Assembly: GCA_965649825.1 (NCBI GenBank) | Contig: OZ287716.1 | Coordinates: forward strand, 81,778-145,777 | Source: Penicillus capitatus | Lineage: Eukaryota > Plantae > Chlorophyta | DNA length: 64,000 nucleotides | Reading direction: 5' to 3' | Shown here: positions 23,601 to 36,695 of the stretch, piece after piece | Layout: every line of letters starts with the position of its first letter | Position numbering within the stretch: position 1 is the first letter of the stretch | The notes under the pieces: model-generated | The model's database searches: none | What the model saw: only the letters and a program-made list of their open reading frames with translations | What the model was told of the DNA's origin: nothing | Made by a program: the position numbers and the translations under genes

Positions 23601-25186
23601 ACAAGATGCTGTGAACTCTATGTCCCTCGAACAACTTCATCGACTACAGGACACGCTGTCATCTGTTCTGCAGTCCAGAACGCAAATGACGTCGGCGGCG
23701 GCGGTGGCATCTCAGCCAGTGGTCTCGGCAGCTGAAGGCTGTTCGGTTTCGACAGCCGCTTCCGAAACCGATCGCGAGACTTCTCGGCTGTTCACCCCTG
23801 GCGCCTCTTCCTTTATGCTGATACGACAAGATGGCGCTGGTCAAGTCATTGGCCCTTCTCAAGAAGCATCTCGTGCATTTCTTCTTGTGGATACGCCTCA
23901 AGGACTGACATCGTTTCCGATAGAAATCCTCCTTCATGCCCGTCAAGGCTTCGATCCAGCATTTCTGACATCTGACCGTTCCAATGCCAGTAACACCGCC
24001 GCCATCTCGACGCATACAACCTCTCAGATGATCCACCTCATCGAGCAATGGCTAATGAATCGATCATCGATACAATGAAGGGGGCATATGTCGGTCCGTT
24101 GGACACGTTGATCCGACGCGGGCGTACGATATTGTTCTAACTTGTGCAGATGCATCGTTCACGCTATTCTGGAACTGTTGGTCGTCGCGCGACGTTGCAA
24201 TCGCCTTCACGTGAGAGAACGGAAACGACGGGCGGTATGCCGACGCGCGTTGCAGAGACGACACCGTTTTTGAACATAGGCCCACCTTCGAGACATGGAA
24301 ACGAAATGCGTAGTCGACCAGTGAGTCCTCCTGCCCTAGCAAGTCAGAAAAAGAGATTGAAGCCGACAGCGGACGGCACCGTAAGGAACGACGAGGGGTG
24401 GACGTTCACGCACACATGACGTAGGGAAACTCAGCGCGTGCAGCCTTGCCGCCACACTTGGTGCACGGCAGCGGTACTCAAGACGTTACGTCGACGAGTG
24501 GTCATTCCTCAACACGTCCGCCACCTCCTTCATCTCCTCCAACAGGAGCCCTTTCGAACAAAAGTCCCAAAGAGACAGGCGGCATTTCAGTCCTCGTCAA
24601 AGGTAAGACGGTGGAAAGGGCGACGCCCTGTAACGACGACAAAGAGGAAGACGCGTACGCTAGAACGGTTTTGATGGCACACGAAGTTGCCGTGGCTAAG
24701 TTGCGACTCTATCTGGCGAAACATATGCTCCAAGCTGTTCGGTCGTCACCAAATGGCGGCTTTGGGGTGCCAGTTGGTTATGTCATCGAAGCAATGGGCA
24801 AAGAATTTGGAGAGGATACCGTTTCGGATCTTCTCGGCACCTCATCGCCAAATGCATTGATATTGAACAAATGTGGAGATATTGTGGATTTACTGCCGCT
24901 CCGCGTACAAGACTTGACTAAGAATGGATGTGTGCCATCGATTCAGTTCAGAAGAGACTCTGCAAATATAGAAGCCAAAATTGAGAAAGAATCGCTGGAG
25001 ATTATTGCTGACGTCGAGGCAAAAATGAAAGAAATGAGAAACGAGAGGGTATCTTTGCAAAAGGAAACGGATCGCTATGAACGCGGCGAGGAGAATACAG
25101 AAGACAATCTCACGCTAGCCGCTGAATCCCGCCATCAAAGTCCCATCGTTGCGGAGCAATCGAAATCCAATTCCTCTCAGGTATAA
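20642..25186 (+). CDS. Sen1/senataxin-like SF1 (Upf1-like) helicase with a long C-terminal extension containing a LOTUS-like domain
   Basis: QGPPGTGKT, ILVCAPSNAAVDE, LIDEAAQASE, VGDPQQLPATI, QYRMHP, TVDSCQG and RMNVAITRAK. In-frame splice joins are inferred at ~23.39-23.45, ~24.0-24.15 and 24.38-24.42 kb. Confidence 0.85.
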
Positions 25187-25337
25187 GAGAGCAATGCCAC
25201 ATGAGATTTCATAAGCAGAGCCGCGGAGACATACATTGTTTGCTATTCCTAATGATCTCGGTGCATCGTCATGAACGGGAAAGGATGTCGCGTACGGTTC
25301 GTACGTCCTGTCCTTTCTGCAGGTGTGAGGCTTTCGA

Positions 25338-26614
25338 TGACGTATGGTGTTTGTGAGAAGGGGACGCCGATGGTGACGGAGAAGAGGCTGCGGGAAATGG
25401 TGAAGGTGTTACTTGAGGAGATGACGACAGATGTCTTGACAGATGCCGTTGCGTTCCCTAGCATACCTCAGTTTTCAGAAAAGTTTCAGAAAAAGCACGG
25501 ATTGGAGTTAGATCCTACAGTGGCTGGATGCGAATCCATTCTGGATATGCTTCGGGGAATGCAACTGGATAACTTGATCCGTTTTAGCGAGTTTCAGGGA
25601 ACCGTCTATCTAGTTCCGGCAAATCAAGCATATAACAAACACTTCAAGGAGATAACCACAGAACACAGATCGCCGCCATCTCTGGAAGAGATCTCCTCGG
25701 GTAGACAAGCGGCGGTCGTTCCCGAAAACAGAACGCTATCTCCGCCCAGTGCTGTGCCGACAACGTCCGTACCGGCTGTGAGTCCATTGGACGTTCCGCC
25801 ACCGCCGCCGCCGCCACCTGTCGACGAGCGGGGATATTCTGTATCGACCGCCGCCGTTGCTGGTCACTTGGAATCTGCACATGACCCATCATGTGTGCGT
25901 TCAGAAGTGCAGGAGGTGCATGTTCTCGCGTCCAGGGAGGCGTGTTTGGCGAACAGTCGACAGGGACGCTATTCTCAGCCATCTGCCATCCACGTCGATG
26001 CGTTTGATGAATTCGATGCCGAGATTCTGAATAAGCTGAAGCTGCTGTTCGAACAGACCATCTGCAGAGACCAGAATCCCGTCTGTCTCAATCGTCTGCC
26101 TCTTCTTTTCATGCGTCACTGTGGATCTGTCTTGGATTACCAGAAGTATGGATACATCAATTTGACAGATATCGTCTCCTTACTGAGCGATATCGTCAAA
26201 GTCGTGGATACAGCAAACGGAAAATACATTGTCCCCGTAGACAAGCCATTCCGAAAGGCAAGTGTTCTGAATTCTGCCATGGCGGCGGCGGTGCCTCAGA
26301 GGCAGACACTGGAGGAGGAGACACGACGGGTCGCTTCTCCGGCAGGGGCAGTAATCCGCATGACGGAAGGGCTGCCTGCATGGACGGCAGCATCGTCCGT
26401 GGTGGACACGACAGTTTGGCCGGCCAGACAACATCCCTCTTTCTTACCGGCAGATCGTTTGGGCTACAGTCCATCTACTATGCCATGTCCTCCACCGCCG
26501 CCTCCTTTACCTACCCATCTTCCCTACTTCACTGGAAAGGACGCCGCCGCGTTTGGATCTGTCACCCAGCAGCCGCAGGAACAGACGCTGTTTCGGTCAC
26601 ACTTCTCAGCATGA
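25338..26614 (+). CDS. Two LOTUS/OST-HTH domains with Pro-rich linkers; probably the 3' end of the helicase gene, possibly a separate gene
   Basis: FSEKFQKKHGLELDPTVAGCESILDMLRGM and LPLLFMRHCGSVLDYQKYGYINLTDIVSLLSDIVKV fit the LOTUS pattern (F/Y-x3-G-x2-L-D-x4-G-F/Y-x2-L-x-D-L-L). Confidence 0.7.
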
Positions 26615-27023
26615 ACGACTGCCAGATATTCGGGACGCTCTCACTCTCACCTAGGATCCGTTGGTGCTGGAGCTGTTTCGTTTTCGTCAGGCTAGTCCGT
26701 CCTGCCTACTATGAAGATCTGCCTTTCCACCCGACATGTCATCTCTCCTTAGACAACTGAATCGTTCTCTATCCATCCCCGACAGACCCTTTCCGGAGAG
26801 CGCGGAATTCGGACTGGATCCTTCCTCTGTTGTTGCTGGACATCCCAGTCCTTTGTTTCGACATACCTCCAATGTGAAGCATGAGTGAGCTACGTACGAG
26901 AATACAGAACTGGCAAAGGCGTATGTATGTATGACTACAAGACAGAAGACAACAACAGGAATGGGTACTCTGGCACACGTGGAAGCAGACATGAATCTTT
27001 ACATGACAGACGGACGCGTACAA

Positions 27024-27490
27024 TTAGTCGAGATTGAGTCTGGAAGCATCTAGCTTATGAAACAGTTCTTCTCCATACAGACTCTCCTGTCCGATGCAGT
27101 AAGCCAGCATCCAAACAAACAACCCCGTAAACATCACGGCCGCTCCAAAAGCAGATCTGCGAGTATCTAATACAGTACATCCACCGTTTGTGGCAGTGCA
27201 GGAGCGAGAGAGCGCACGAACAGGTTTGAATCATAGGATCGCCGCCCGAATAGAACGTTGGCCAGAAGAGCCACACATTCATGACCCACATCCACGGCAG
27301 CAATGCAAAGCCCGTGACATACAGTGAACAGACACGTCCATTATTCACGGCGACAAGGGCGGGGCAGAAGGATTGGCGAACGATAGGTATTACGTCGGCT
27401 CATCGCTTGTGCTTTGCTCAAATCGAGTGCTTCACCGTCGACCGTCGTAACGGTCTCGGCTTGTCTGGCTGTCGTCGCGCCACTAGACAT
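27024..27490 (-). CDS. PEN2: Gamma-secretase subunit PEN-2
   Basis: GFALLPWMWVMNVWLFWP is the PEN-2 signature; small spliced membrane protein ending RLNLD*. Confidence 0.88.
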
Positions 27491-27678
27491 TTTCGTTGAA
27501 TTCGATTTACGATGTGTTGCGATGATGAGCGCTGAAATTCTGCGTCGCGCTGTCCGTCCTTGTCTGAAGCGACCAGCGCCGCATCGACGTGTCTTTTTCG
27601 CTCTACCGCGCCGTCTGCTCGCGAGACGTCTCATTCTAAAGGTACCCTTCGACCGCATACCGCAGCAACGACCATAAA

Positions 27679-28916
27679 ATGCGTTTCTGTCCAAGTGCGT
27701 CGCGGAATCTCGAAGTTTCGAAGCGGCGCCACGACTCAAAGAAGCTCTTTCGCTCCAAGGTAACTTTTCGCGTCCTTGCTGTGGTCTGCATCGAACGCAC
27801 CAACTGTGCAGTTGCTTTATTGACATCGAGCGAACGTCTGAGAGCAGACGAGCAAAACGACGCTCTGTTTTATTCAGTTCCACGCTTTGTACAGTACGTC
27901 GACGAACAGTTCACCGATCAAATCACGAGTACGGCTGCGTTTTCAAGAGGGACACGCGGTTCATACACAAGGATGCTTTGTAGATTGGTATGCCCAGCAT
28001 CTGAAAGAGGGAGATGATGTGCTCGATCTCTGTGCCGCATGCGATTCCCATTTGCCACTGATGCGTCTGGGACGCGTTGTGGGGCACGGAATGTCTGCTC
28101 CCGAGCTAGCATCGAATCCCGTCCTTGATTCTTATTTCGTCAAGGATTTGAATACGGATCCCTCACTGACGACATTCGGCACGACATTCGATGTCGTCCT
28201 CTGTTGCATGGGCATGCCCTATCTAAAATATCCGGAAGATGTCTGCCATGAGGTGTATCGTATATTGAAGCCTGGAGGTAGATTTCTGATTTCATTCACT
28301 TCGCATTGCTTACCAGAGAAGACCATCACTGGATGGATAGAAAGAACATTGGATGAAAGATACCAACTTGTGAAGAAGTGAGGATTCTGCAGACGACGCT
28401 GTGAGAGAGTATGTTTGTTCGCTGTGTAGAGTGTTGCACAATGTGGGTTTTGCGGATGTGGAGGGGGTGACCTGCGCTGCCACGTCAGACGATTCGGATG
28501 CATTCTCAGATTCCGTGGTGGAATGTGTCGATGGTGAAATGTGTTCGCTCATCGACTTTCCGAAGAACAGCACGGAATGTCTCATGGATTATGGCTCAGA
28601 TCCCTTCTATGGAATCGTCGGGACAAAGTGCGCTGCATGGAATGTATCTCCCTCAGAAGTGCTCATGGGGGCCGTTCCTTTGCAATTGGATATCTTGAAC
28701 GAATTGGATCTGCCGACCAATGGACTGCAGCCTCCCTATCAGAAACACAACAGGGCGATATCTGCTTACCGCAATCTGTGCCACTGGGCCATTTCGATAG
28801 GCGTACCTCGAACTGCTATCTGGCTGCCAGACGAATTTGAAACACTCGAAAGCTTGAAGGAAAAGAGAGACCACTTGAAGGATATCATTGCTTCATTTGT
28901 GAGCTCTGGTCTTTAG
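27679..28916 (+). CDS. Class I SAM-dependent methyltransferase (Methyltransf_11-like), transit peptide and C-terminal extension
   Basis: DALFYSVPRFVQYVD, VLDLCAACDSH, ELASNPVLDSYFVKDLN and VYRILKPGGRFLISF. Confidence 0.8.
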
Positions 28917-29017
28917 CGCAACACCATAGCTCAACGAATGGTCGAATTCCCTTTTTTCAATTCTTGCTGTTGTGGTCAGACAGAAACACGTTTGCCCGCA
29001 TTTGGGTGATGTACATT

Positions 29018-29833
29018 TTAACTTTCTGTCTTATCCACTTCATCCAATTGCGAACACAGATCATGAATACGATTGATCAATGTCTTGCGACGGACACGGT
29101 CCTCTCCTGCCACCCGGCGCACATCGTGTTCCCATCCATGATGACAGTGTAGGAGCGGACCTGTCACATCAAGGTTATCCAAGGATAAGAGCTTCTGCGT
29201 TAGCAATTCGTTCAGGACGATGGGTCTTGGCTTCTGATTCGATTCCTGTCCTTCTCCCTTCTTCAAAAGAGTGACCTGATACGCAGTTACACAATACACT
29301 CTTCTGTGTGCCTCGATATGGAGTGCTGACCTGCGATTCGATGTCATTCACTTCCTTCTCCACTTTCGTCAAGATATTGACCGTTGCATTTGTGGCCGGT
29401 AGATCATCAGGTGTCTGGGACGATGGGCATCCTGCATTGGTTGGCGAGATAGATCGTATGACGTGCACTTTTGCCCCTGCTTCTATTCATATCTCTGCCT
29501 CTGATATCTTGTCCTCCTTACCTTCTTTCATTCCTGTACCTTCAACTGTCTCGTCATCTGGACAAGGCCTGCCACGAAATCTGTCCCTTGCACATCATTC
29601 TCTTAGTCTCTAAACCTCAACGAGGCGGACTTAATTACAGAAGCTTCAGCAGATTCATTGGTATGCCGCTCCACTCGGCCGCTTGGACCTGAAACACGAG
29701 CCCTCTTTTCGGCGCTGTGCTCACCCGCTCGACAGAAGACTATCAGATTCTGTACTTTGAGGTCACGTACAGAAAGGGACGGTTCTACGTCGACGATGGT
29801 CTGTTGAAGTTTGTGCAGCAACTTGATTTGCAT
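29018..29833 (-). CDS. Ubiquitin-like + BAG domain co-chaperone (plant BAG1-4 architecture)
   Basis: N-terminal MQIKLLHKLQQTIVDVEPSLSVRDLK (UBL-like); C-terminal LNELLTQKLLSLDNLDVTG...RVRRKTLINRIHDLCSQLD (BAG helices). Confidence 0.78.
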
Positions 29834-29913
29834 TGTTCAAAGATTAGTCAATCGCGTTACTGTTGTTGTTGTTGCTATCGATTTACTCACCGTGGTTGCA
29901 GTTTCTACTCGAC

Positions 29914-32853
29914 ATGTCTTCGGCAAAACGCTATTCCGACGCAAACGCCAACCCATCCAACGCGCTGTTCGATAAGAGTGGCGGGACCACACACAACGGA
30001 ACGGGTACCGTTCATAGAAGCACTGCCACACACATGGGGTCTCAGGGAAACAAGGCATAACACACTACGTGCTGTGTGTTCCGTTTTGAGACCGAGGCTG
30101 TGCGTGTGTAGCAACGGGGACGCTCGACAGGCGGAACGGCACCTGCGAAGCTTCAGGTCCCAAGACCCGTCATTCTTCCTTCGAAGAAAAAGGTCGACGA
30201 TTACCTAGGGTAAATGTCCTTTCTTGAAGGAGTGTGTCAACATAGGAGAGTCAAGAGAACGACGCCCAGACGCAACTGGCGCCGTCGTCGACCGGCATCC
30301 TTGGGTGGCAGCAGCGTCCCGAGGAGTTGTCCGCTGTTGAGTCAGGGACGTGGACCCAACACTCGGCGCCGAGGACGGCGTTGTGGAATCGCGGAGCGGC
30401 GGGTCATCATGATGACGCCCCGACGTCGTCAACGCGACCACCTGTTCTCGATCAGGAGGAGTTTCCAAGTCTTCACGCGGCAGCTGCCCAATCCAAGGGT
30501 CCATTGGGAAAGCTAAAATCTCAGAAACAGCCAGAGAGCAAAGAGAATAAAGTATGTGGTGGTGGTCTCTTGACTAAACCTCCTGATAACGGAGGCAATG
30601 CTGTGGACAGGATTGGGCAGATGATGCACAGACCTCTCCATCACGCACACGAGCATCGCGCTCCGCTTGGTTGACTTCTGTTTGCTGTTGGAGATGTTGA
30701 CTGGGTATTGATGGTGTAGGGAGGACGATGAAAGGTCTGGTCTGTCTGGAGAAATGCAGATGTCATATGGTATCCTTCCAGGTGCAGTGCAGCACCAAGG
30801 CTACGTGCCTATGGAGAGTCATGGAATGTCATCTGAAGGGTATTATACGCATCCTTACTATCATTCTCGACCCCCATACTATGCTCCACATCCTGGAGCG
30901 ATGCAAACAGGATTCAGACTGCCGGATTACTACGGACCTGCGGGAGAGGGATATTATACAGCACCATACATGCATACAATGTATCCGCATCCACATTTTC
31001 CCCACGGATATCAACCGCCAGATATGTACCATGATCACAATATTTTCCCATCGATGCCCCATTCTACAGCAAAGCTAACGTCTCGGCCATCTCAAGAGAC
31101 AACTGGCGAAGCTGAAAAAGAGACATTTGCCTCAGAGTTAAAGTTAAGAACAGCTGAATCGGCAGATCATATAAAAGCCGAAGCAGAGCATCCGAAGACG
31201 CCAGATAATCTGAGTGGTGAAGGAACCGTCCGGTTGATTGACCGTCAAGGCAGTACGGATGATCGCAGCAGCACTGCTGCCACCACCGCTACCACGACGC
31301 ACGTCCCTGACACTTCATCTCAGCGTTCTCTTCTGCGAAGGATGTCGCTTCCCAAGTCAGCATCGCAAAAACTGAAGTCCCGCATCAATTCAGTCGATCT
31401 TGACTGGGGAGAACAAGTTGAAGCGGAGGAGAACTATAGGATGAGTGAAGGTCGAAAATTTTCCAAACCGTCGGAAGAGACTGTTGTTCCTATTGCTGTC
31501 AGCTCTCCTCCAACAAGCGATCCGAAAGGACTGGACGTAACAGCCGATGTGCCTCCAGAAGCGACATCTCCTGAAGGATGGCAGGGTTCGCACAGTCCTA
31601 CGAGTCGGGAAACGTCACAAAGGGACCGATCAACAGATGCAAGCACAAGACGATCAGAGAAGAGTGTATCTGGCCAGTGGAGATCTGGTGGAGGATCATA
31701 TCAGAATCCATCACACCAGGATCGATGGCAGGTGCAGTGCTCAGGCACTTCAACGCCTGCTGCGCACCGCGCACCTCCAATGGAGTCTCCCAGTCGTCAT
31801 CGAAATGTTCAGGAAGGATGGCAGGATCGACGAGAAGGTGCCTATCGCGACAGGGGTTTCAGAGGCCGAGACGGATATCGGGGTCGTGGCCGCAGTGGTC
31901 GACCGTCCCCGGGAGATCGTCTGATGAGCACTGCTGCGGTGGAGGGACGGAAACACTTTCCTGGAAGGGGATTCCGACCAAAAGGGATACCCCCCAGGCA
32001 AGGACATTCTGGACCTGGGCCGAACGAGACTCCAGGAAGACAGGACAAGACGATTCAGTTTGGCAGATTTGATATGTCCCTTGAAGGAGACTACGATCCA
32101 TTTTCGGGCAGTGTTCCCATTTTTGAGTCCAACTCTGTGGACGATGCTGGCAAGAGAGAGCGTTTACCGGACAGCCTGAACTCAGATGTGGCAGCCAAAC
32201 ACGAAGAGCAGCGTCCACCCACGGCTCCGAACCAATTGGATCCTGTAGCCATAGATTCCTTTGGCGGAGAAGTCCCATCACATGTCTATGCCGACCATGA
32301 AGAGGGACGAAGTACACCAGGAAGCAGAGGACCTCTCAGTACGTCAGGAGCAGGGTCCCGTATGGAAGGTGGCAGAGGAGGCCCGCGAGGACGGTACTCT
32401 TTCAATCAACGAGGGCGCCATCGTGGTGGTCGTTGGTCACACGGCAGACACGGTGGCTCCATGGATCGTTTCAGACACCATCCCTCCAGCTTCTCTTCTG
32501 CTTCCGGCACTCCAACGGAATCCGAAAGAAGATTTCAGCGCAAAGACGGATACTTTGCTGCGAATCATCGTTGGAGTCACGATTTTTCCAGCAGAGGACG
32601 AGGTGATTGGCACGATCGGCCATTTGATCGAAACCCATACCACCACAACAGACCGAATACTCGTGGAGGTTACGGTCGTGGTCGAGGCCGCGGTCGTGGG
32701 GGAAGAGAAGGAGGACGTGCTTTTCAGGGCCGCCGCAGTCAGGACAATGCAGATTCTGGTGTCCGATCTCCAACCAGCAAGGCTCCAATGCAATGGGTAC
32801 CGAAGAAGCCGTCCGCAGAAGTCACAGAAAAAGAGCAACCAGCAGAAGAATGA
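29914..32853 (+). CDS. PRRC2/BAT2/MOS1-like protein: BAT2 N-terminal motif plus an RGG-rich disordered region
   Basis: The spliced sequence VPRPVILPSKKK|ESQENDAQTQLAPSSTGILGW resembles the BAT2_N motif. EEFPSL is present, then Tyr/Pro-rich and RGRG-rich segments. GC-AG intron at 30055-30111. Confidence 0.7.
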
Positions 32854-33044
32854 AGAACTGTTGTCTTGGAATTCTCGATGCTGTATGTCTGTTTTTCTTT
32901 TATGGACTTGCTTGCGAGAAAAATGCTTGCCCCTTTGATTTAATAGATTTCGGCGTCTGCTCATTTCGTCTCGATGGGTGATTCATACTTTTGATGGTGC
33001 TTTTAATGTGGGACACGTTTTCAACTGCGCATTCGTCATTGTCC

Positions 33045-34651
33045 ATGACGCCGCGACGCCAAAGCGTCCTCTTCTGTTTGGCTACCTTATGTATTGCAAC
33101 CGTTTTGGCGTGAGATTACGTAACTGGCCGTCTCTTTTGTCCAATACGTGTGTGGTGGTGGTGGGAGTGCAGAACGGATTATTACGAGGTACTCAAAGTG
33201 GCACGCAATGCAGGAGAGGATCAGATCCGACGGGCTTACAAAAAACTCGCTCTCCAATATCATCCAGTACGACATCCCTCATCGACGACGCCAAATTCAG
33301 CAGCTGTACTTTGTGGCCATCAGGATAAAGTGAAAGGGACAGACGAAGAAAAGAAGGCAGCCGAAAAGAAATTTCAAGAAATCAGCGCAGGTGGATTCGC
33401 TGCATCGTTGAGGCGTGTATAGATTTTGCATAGCTGTGTAGCCTATGCTGTTTTGAACGATCCCGAGAAAAGGCAGATCTATGATCGATATGGCGAAGAG
33501 GGACTGAACAGACAGGGAGGCGGTGGAGGCAGTGCCCATGATATCTTTGCCAAGTACGCCAACCAAGGATGATGATGGGCTTTCGTTAAAGATGTGTGAT
33601 GCTATCAGCGTGTTTCGCGGTTTTGGCGGATTCGGAGGTTTTAGATTTAACTTTGGAGACGAGGAAGAAGAGGAGGTTGTGCGAAAAGGGGATGATGTTT
33701 TTATGATGCTCGAAATCAGTTTGAGGGATGCCTTTGTTGGGAAAGACATTGAGGTGTGACACCATCCATTTACGCACAAGTGTGACCCATGGTGTTGAGT
33801 AGGTACGGAGGCAAAAGGCCATTCTCGTCACCACTTCGGGAACGAGAGACTGCAAGTGTCGGCAAGAGGTCACAACGCGACAGTTAGGACCGGGTATGTT
33901 CCAACAGTTCCAGACGCAGGTTGTCACATCACACACGCACTGACCGGTGTTTCTGAGTGATGCCATTCGGTTGAGGTCTGCGAAAAGTGTCCCAACGTAA
34001 AGTTTGACAGCGACGACGATATGATGACGGTCCACATCAAACCGGGAACATCGTCTGATCACGTGAGCCATCGACAACGAGCGATGCACAGTTGTGGAGG
34101 TGCGCTTACAGGAAATTTCGTTCTTTGAAGAGGGAGAGCCCTTGATCGATGGAGACCCTGGAGATCTCAAAGTGTGAAGCTCTGTTCAGTATATCGACCC
34201 TTTTCATGTTGTGTTTGTTTTTAGTTCATTGTGAAAGTCTTATCGGACGAACGTTTTCGACGAGAAGGCGATAACCTGTTCATGGACTACTCCATCTCTC
34301 TCCTCCATGCACTCACTGGTTTCTCACACAAAGTAACTGAACAACGTCGACACGGTTGCCATTCATATACACATTTTCATACAGGTGAAGCATTTGGATG
34401 GACATGAATTCGTGTTATCGAATGAGAATATCACACGTCCGGGACAGGTGATCGAAATTGAAGGAGAAGGGATGCCGCGTTTCGAAAAGGTATGCACCGT
34501 CGCCATCGGCATGCTGCTTTGGTAGAAGATCAACTGTTCTGTGCAGAATGGAGAGCGTGGGCGTCTATTCGTGACATTCAGAATCGATTTCCCCGGTCAA
34601 CTAACGGCGTCGCAGCAGACAGAGATCAAACGAATACTGACAGGACACTAG
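33045..34651 (+). CDS. ERDJ3: ER-lumenal DnaJ co-chaperone, ERdj3/DNAJB11-like
   Basis: Signal peptide, J-domain DYYEVLKV...[11 protein letters not shown]|DK, G/F region, and DnaJ C-terminal [13 protein letters not shown] and [12 protein letters not shown]. Confidence 0.88.
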
Positions 34652-34797
34652 TAGCCAAGGAGAATAATCGAGTGCGCTGTAAACTCTTATACATGACGCC
34701 ATCCACGAGGCGTTATCTTCAAAGGCGATACCAACGATGCGCGTTGATCCGCACTTCGTTTGCAGTGGCGTCACACACATCAGATCCTGTCGGGGAG

Positions 34798-36669
34798 ATG
34801 GAATACCGGCGTCCTGCATTCGAGTGGCTCCAATCGCTGCGGTACGCACAGGTATAGCGGCCTCCTGACGACGGCACCTATGTTCTTTACATTCTGTTCG
34901 GACGAAGGCCGAGGGAGCGACAGGTTCAAAACCTAAGATCACGATTGCCGATATCGCCGAGCGCCTAAACGGTTGGATGCTCGTTCTTCTTTTCTGTAAC
35001 GCGAAATGTGTCAGAGCAGCTGGAACGTGCACGGAAGAATGCGTGCCCACGAGTCCGCGCTCCGTTGAAGCTTGTCTGCGCTTGGGGATCGATCCATTCA
35101 ACTTGGTTCACCGACCCCTCGACGCCTTTAAAAGCAGAGAAGAGGATGAGGACATTGCTAAGTACCGCTGGCAGCAATACGAGAATGCTCGTCAGGTGAC
35201 AGCAATGTGCGTGCGTGATCCTTCTCCTCTAGTGCGCCGTCCACTCAGGACCTTATAAAACAACTGCATTGTGAGAGAAAGAGGCTTACAGACATGTGCA
35301 TCGATAAGAGCACGAATCGTCGTAACGCCGAGCGACATCGAGAAGGAAGCAAGGCAGATCTGATTGAAAAAGAGAAACAGCGATTGGAGGTGTTAAAACG
35401 ACGACAGGAACGCGAATTGAAACAGGTGTGACGTCTCAAGGACGGCAGACGAGGTCTTAACAAGCGTTCTTTCTGTCCACGAGATGCTAAACCACGAGCA
35501 ACAGAGGCGACAGATGATGGCGCATCAGCAGGCGAAAATAATGGCCGTGGAAAAACGAGCGGCCGACTTGCGCAAGAAAAAGGCTGAAAAAGACGCCGAA
35601 TGGCGCAAGACGCAGAGACAGCGAGAATTAACACGAGTAAGCGAGAGAACATTTGTCGCTCGTCATCCTTTGCGATCCATTGATTCGCGTTTCTCAGTTA
35701 AAAGAGATGGAGGCGTTGGAAGAGACGTCGAGGAGAGAAGCCCAACTGCGCTATCGAAAAGAACAAGAGCAGAAACGTGCCGAAGAGAGAGAAGCTAAAC
35801 ACCGAAAACAGCTCGCTCTCGAACAGTCCGTGCATTACAGTTTCCACCTCCTGTTGCGCTTTGGTTGTGTACAGAGAGAAGAAACATCGAGAAAAGACAG
35901 AACGTGCGAGACTTGAAAGCCAGCGCGTGATGGAGGAGCAACAAGCGGCTGTGCGTCGACGTCGAGCCGAGATCGAGAGGCGCGACGCCGAGCGACAGAA
36001 GAAGATCAAAATCGAACAAGAACAGCGTGCTCTGGTCAATCAAGCAAAGCGCAAACTCGCACAAGAACGTCTCGAAGCGGCTCTCGAGAGAGACAAACGG
36101 ATGCAGGCGCAGAAACAGCAGGAATTTCTCAGAAGAGAGGCCATTTCTGATCAACGCCGCGCGCTGCTAGAAAAGGAACGACGCGAAGAGGAGAAGAAAC
36201 GAAAAGACGCTGAGAAACAGAAAGAGGAGTGCCGGAAAGAGAAATACGAACTGTCACAAAAACAAGCACAATTGCGCAAACAGGCATCTCTCTTTAGACC
36301 GATGCCAAGATGGCGGTCGGATGCCGTTCTTAGGCGATCCAAGAGCGAACCGAGCAGAAAGAGCAGATGCTCGAAGAGCTGCGCGAGAAACAACAAAAAG
36401 AGAATGCATACGCGGCAGTGGAACGAGAGATGCGAGCAAATCGAAAGAGAGAAAAGGCAGAACGGATGCGAAAGATTCAAACATACCAACGTCATTTGTT
36501 GTTTCTGAAAATCATGGAGGATCGAAACAAGATTGGAAAACAACTTGAAGAGAGAGAAGCTCTACAGAGTCAACGCCGAATGGCAAATATGCAAGCATCC
36601 ATCGAAAGGCAGAAAGCCAATGCTCTGATGGAGGACATGAAGAGAAAACATACACGTCGTTGCGCCTGA
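34798..36669 (+). CDS. Multi-exon E/K/R/Q-rich coiled-coil protein; start uncertain
   Basis: TSPRSVEACLRLGIDPFNL motif followed by long charged heptad exons (35484, 35653, 35777 and 36367 ORFs). Confidence 0.7.
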
Positions 36670-36695
36670 CAACAGATTTCTCGTTCGATGACTGT

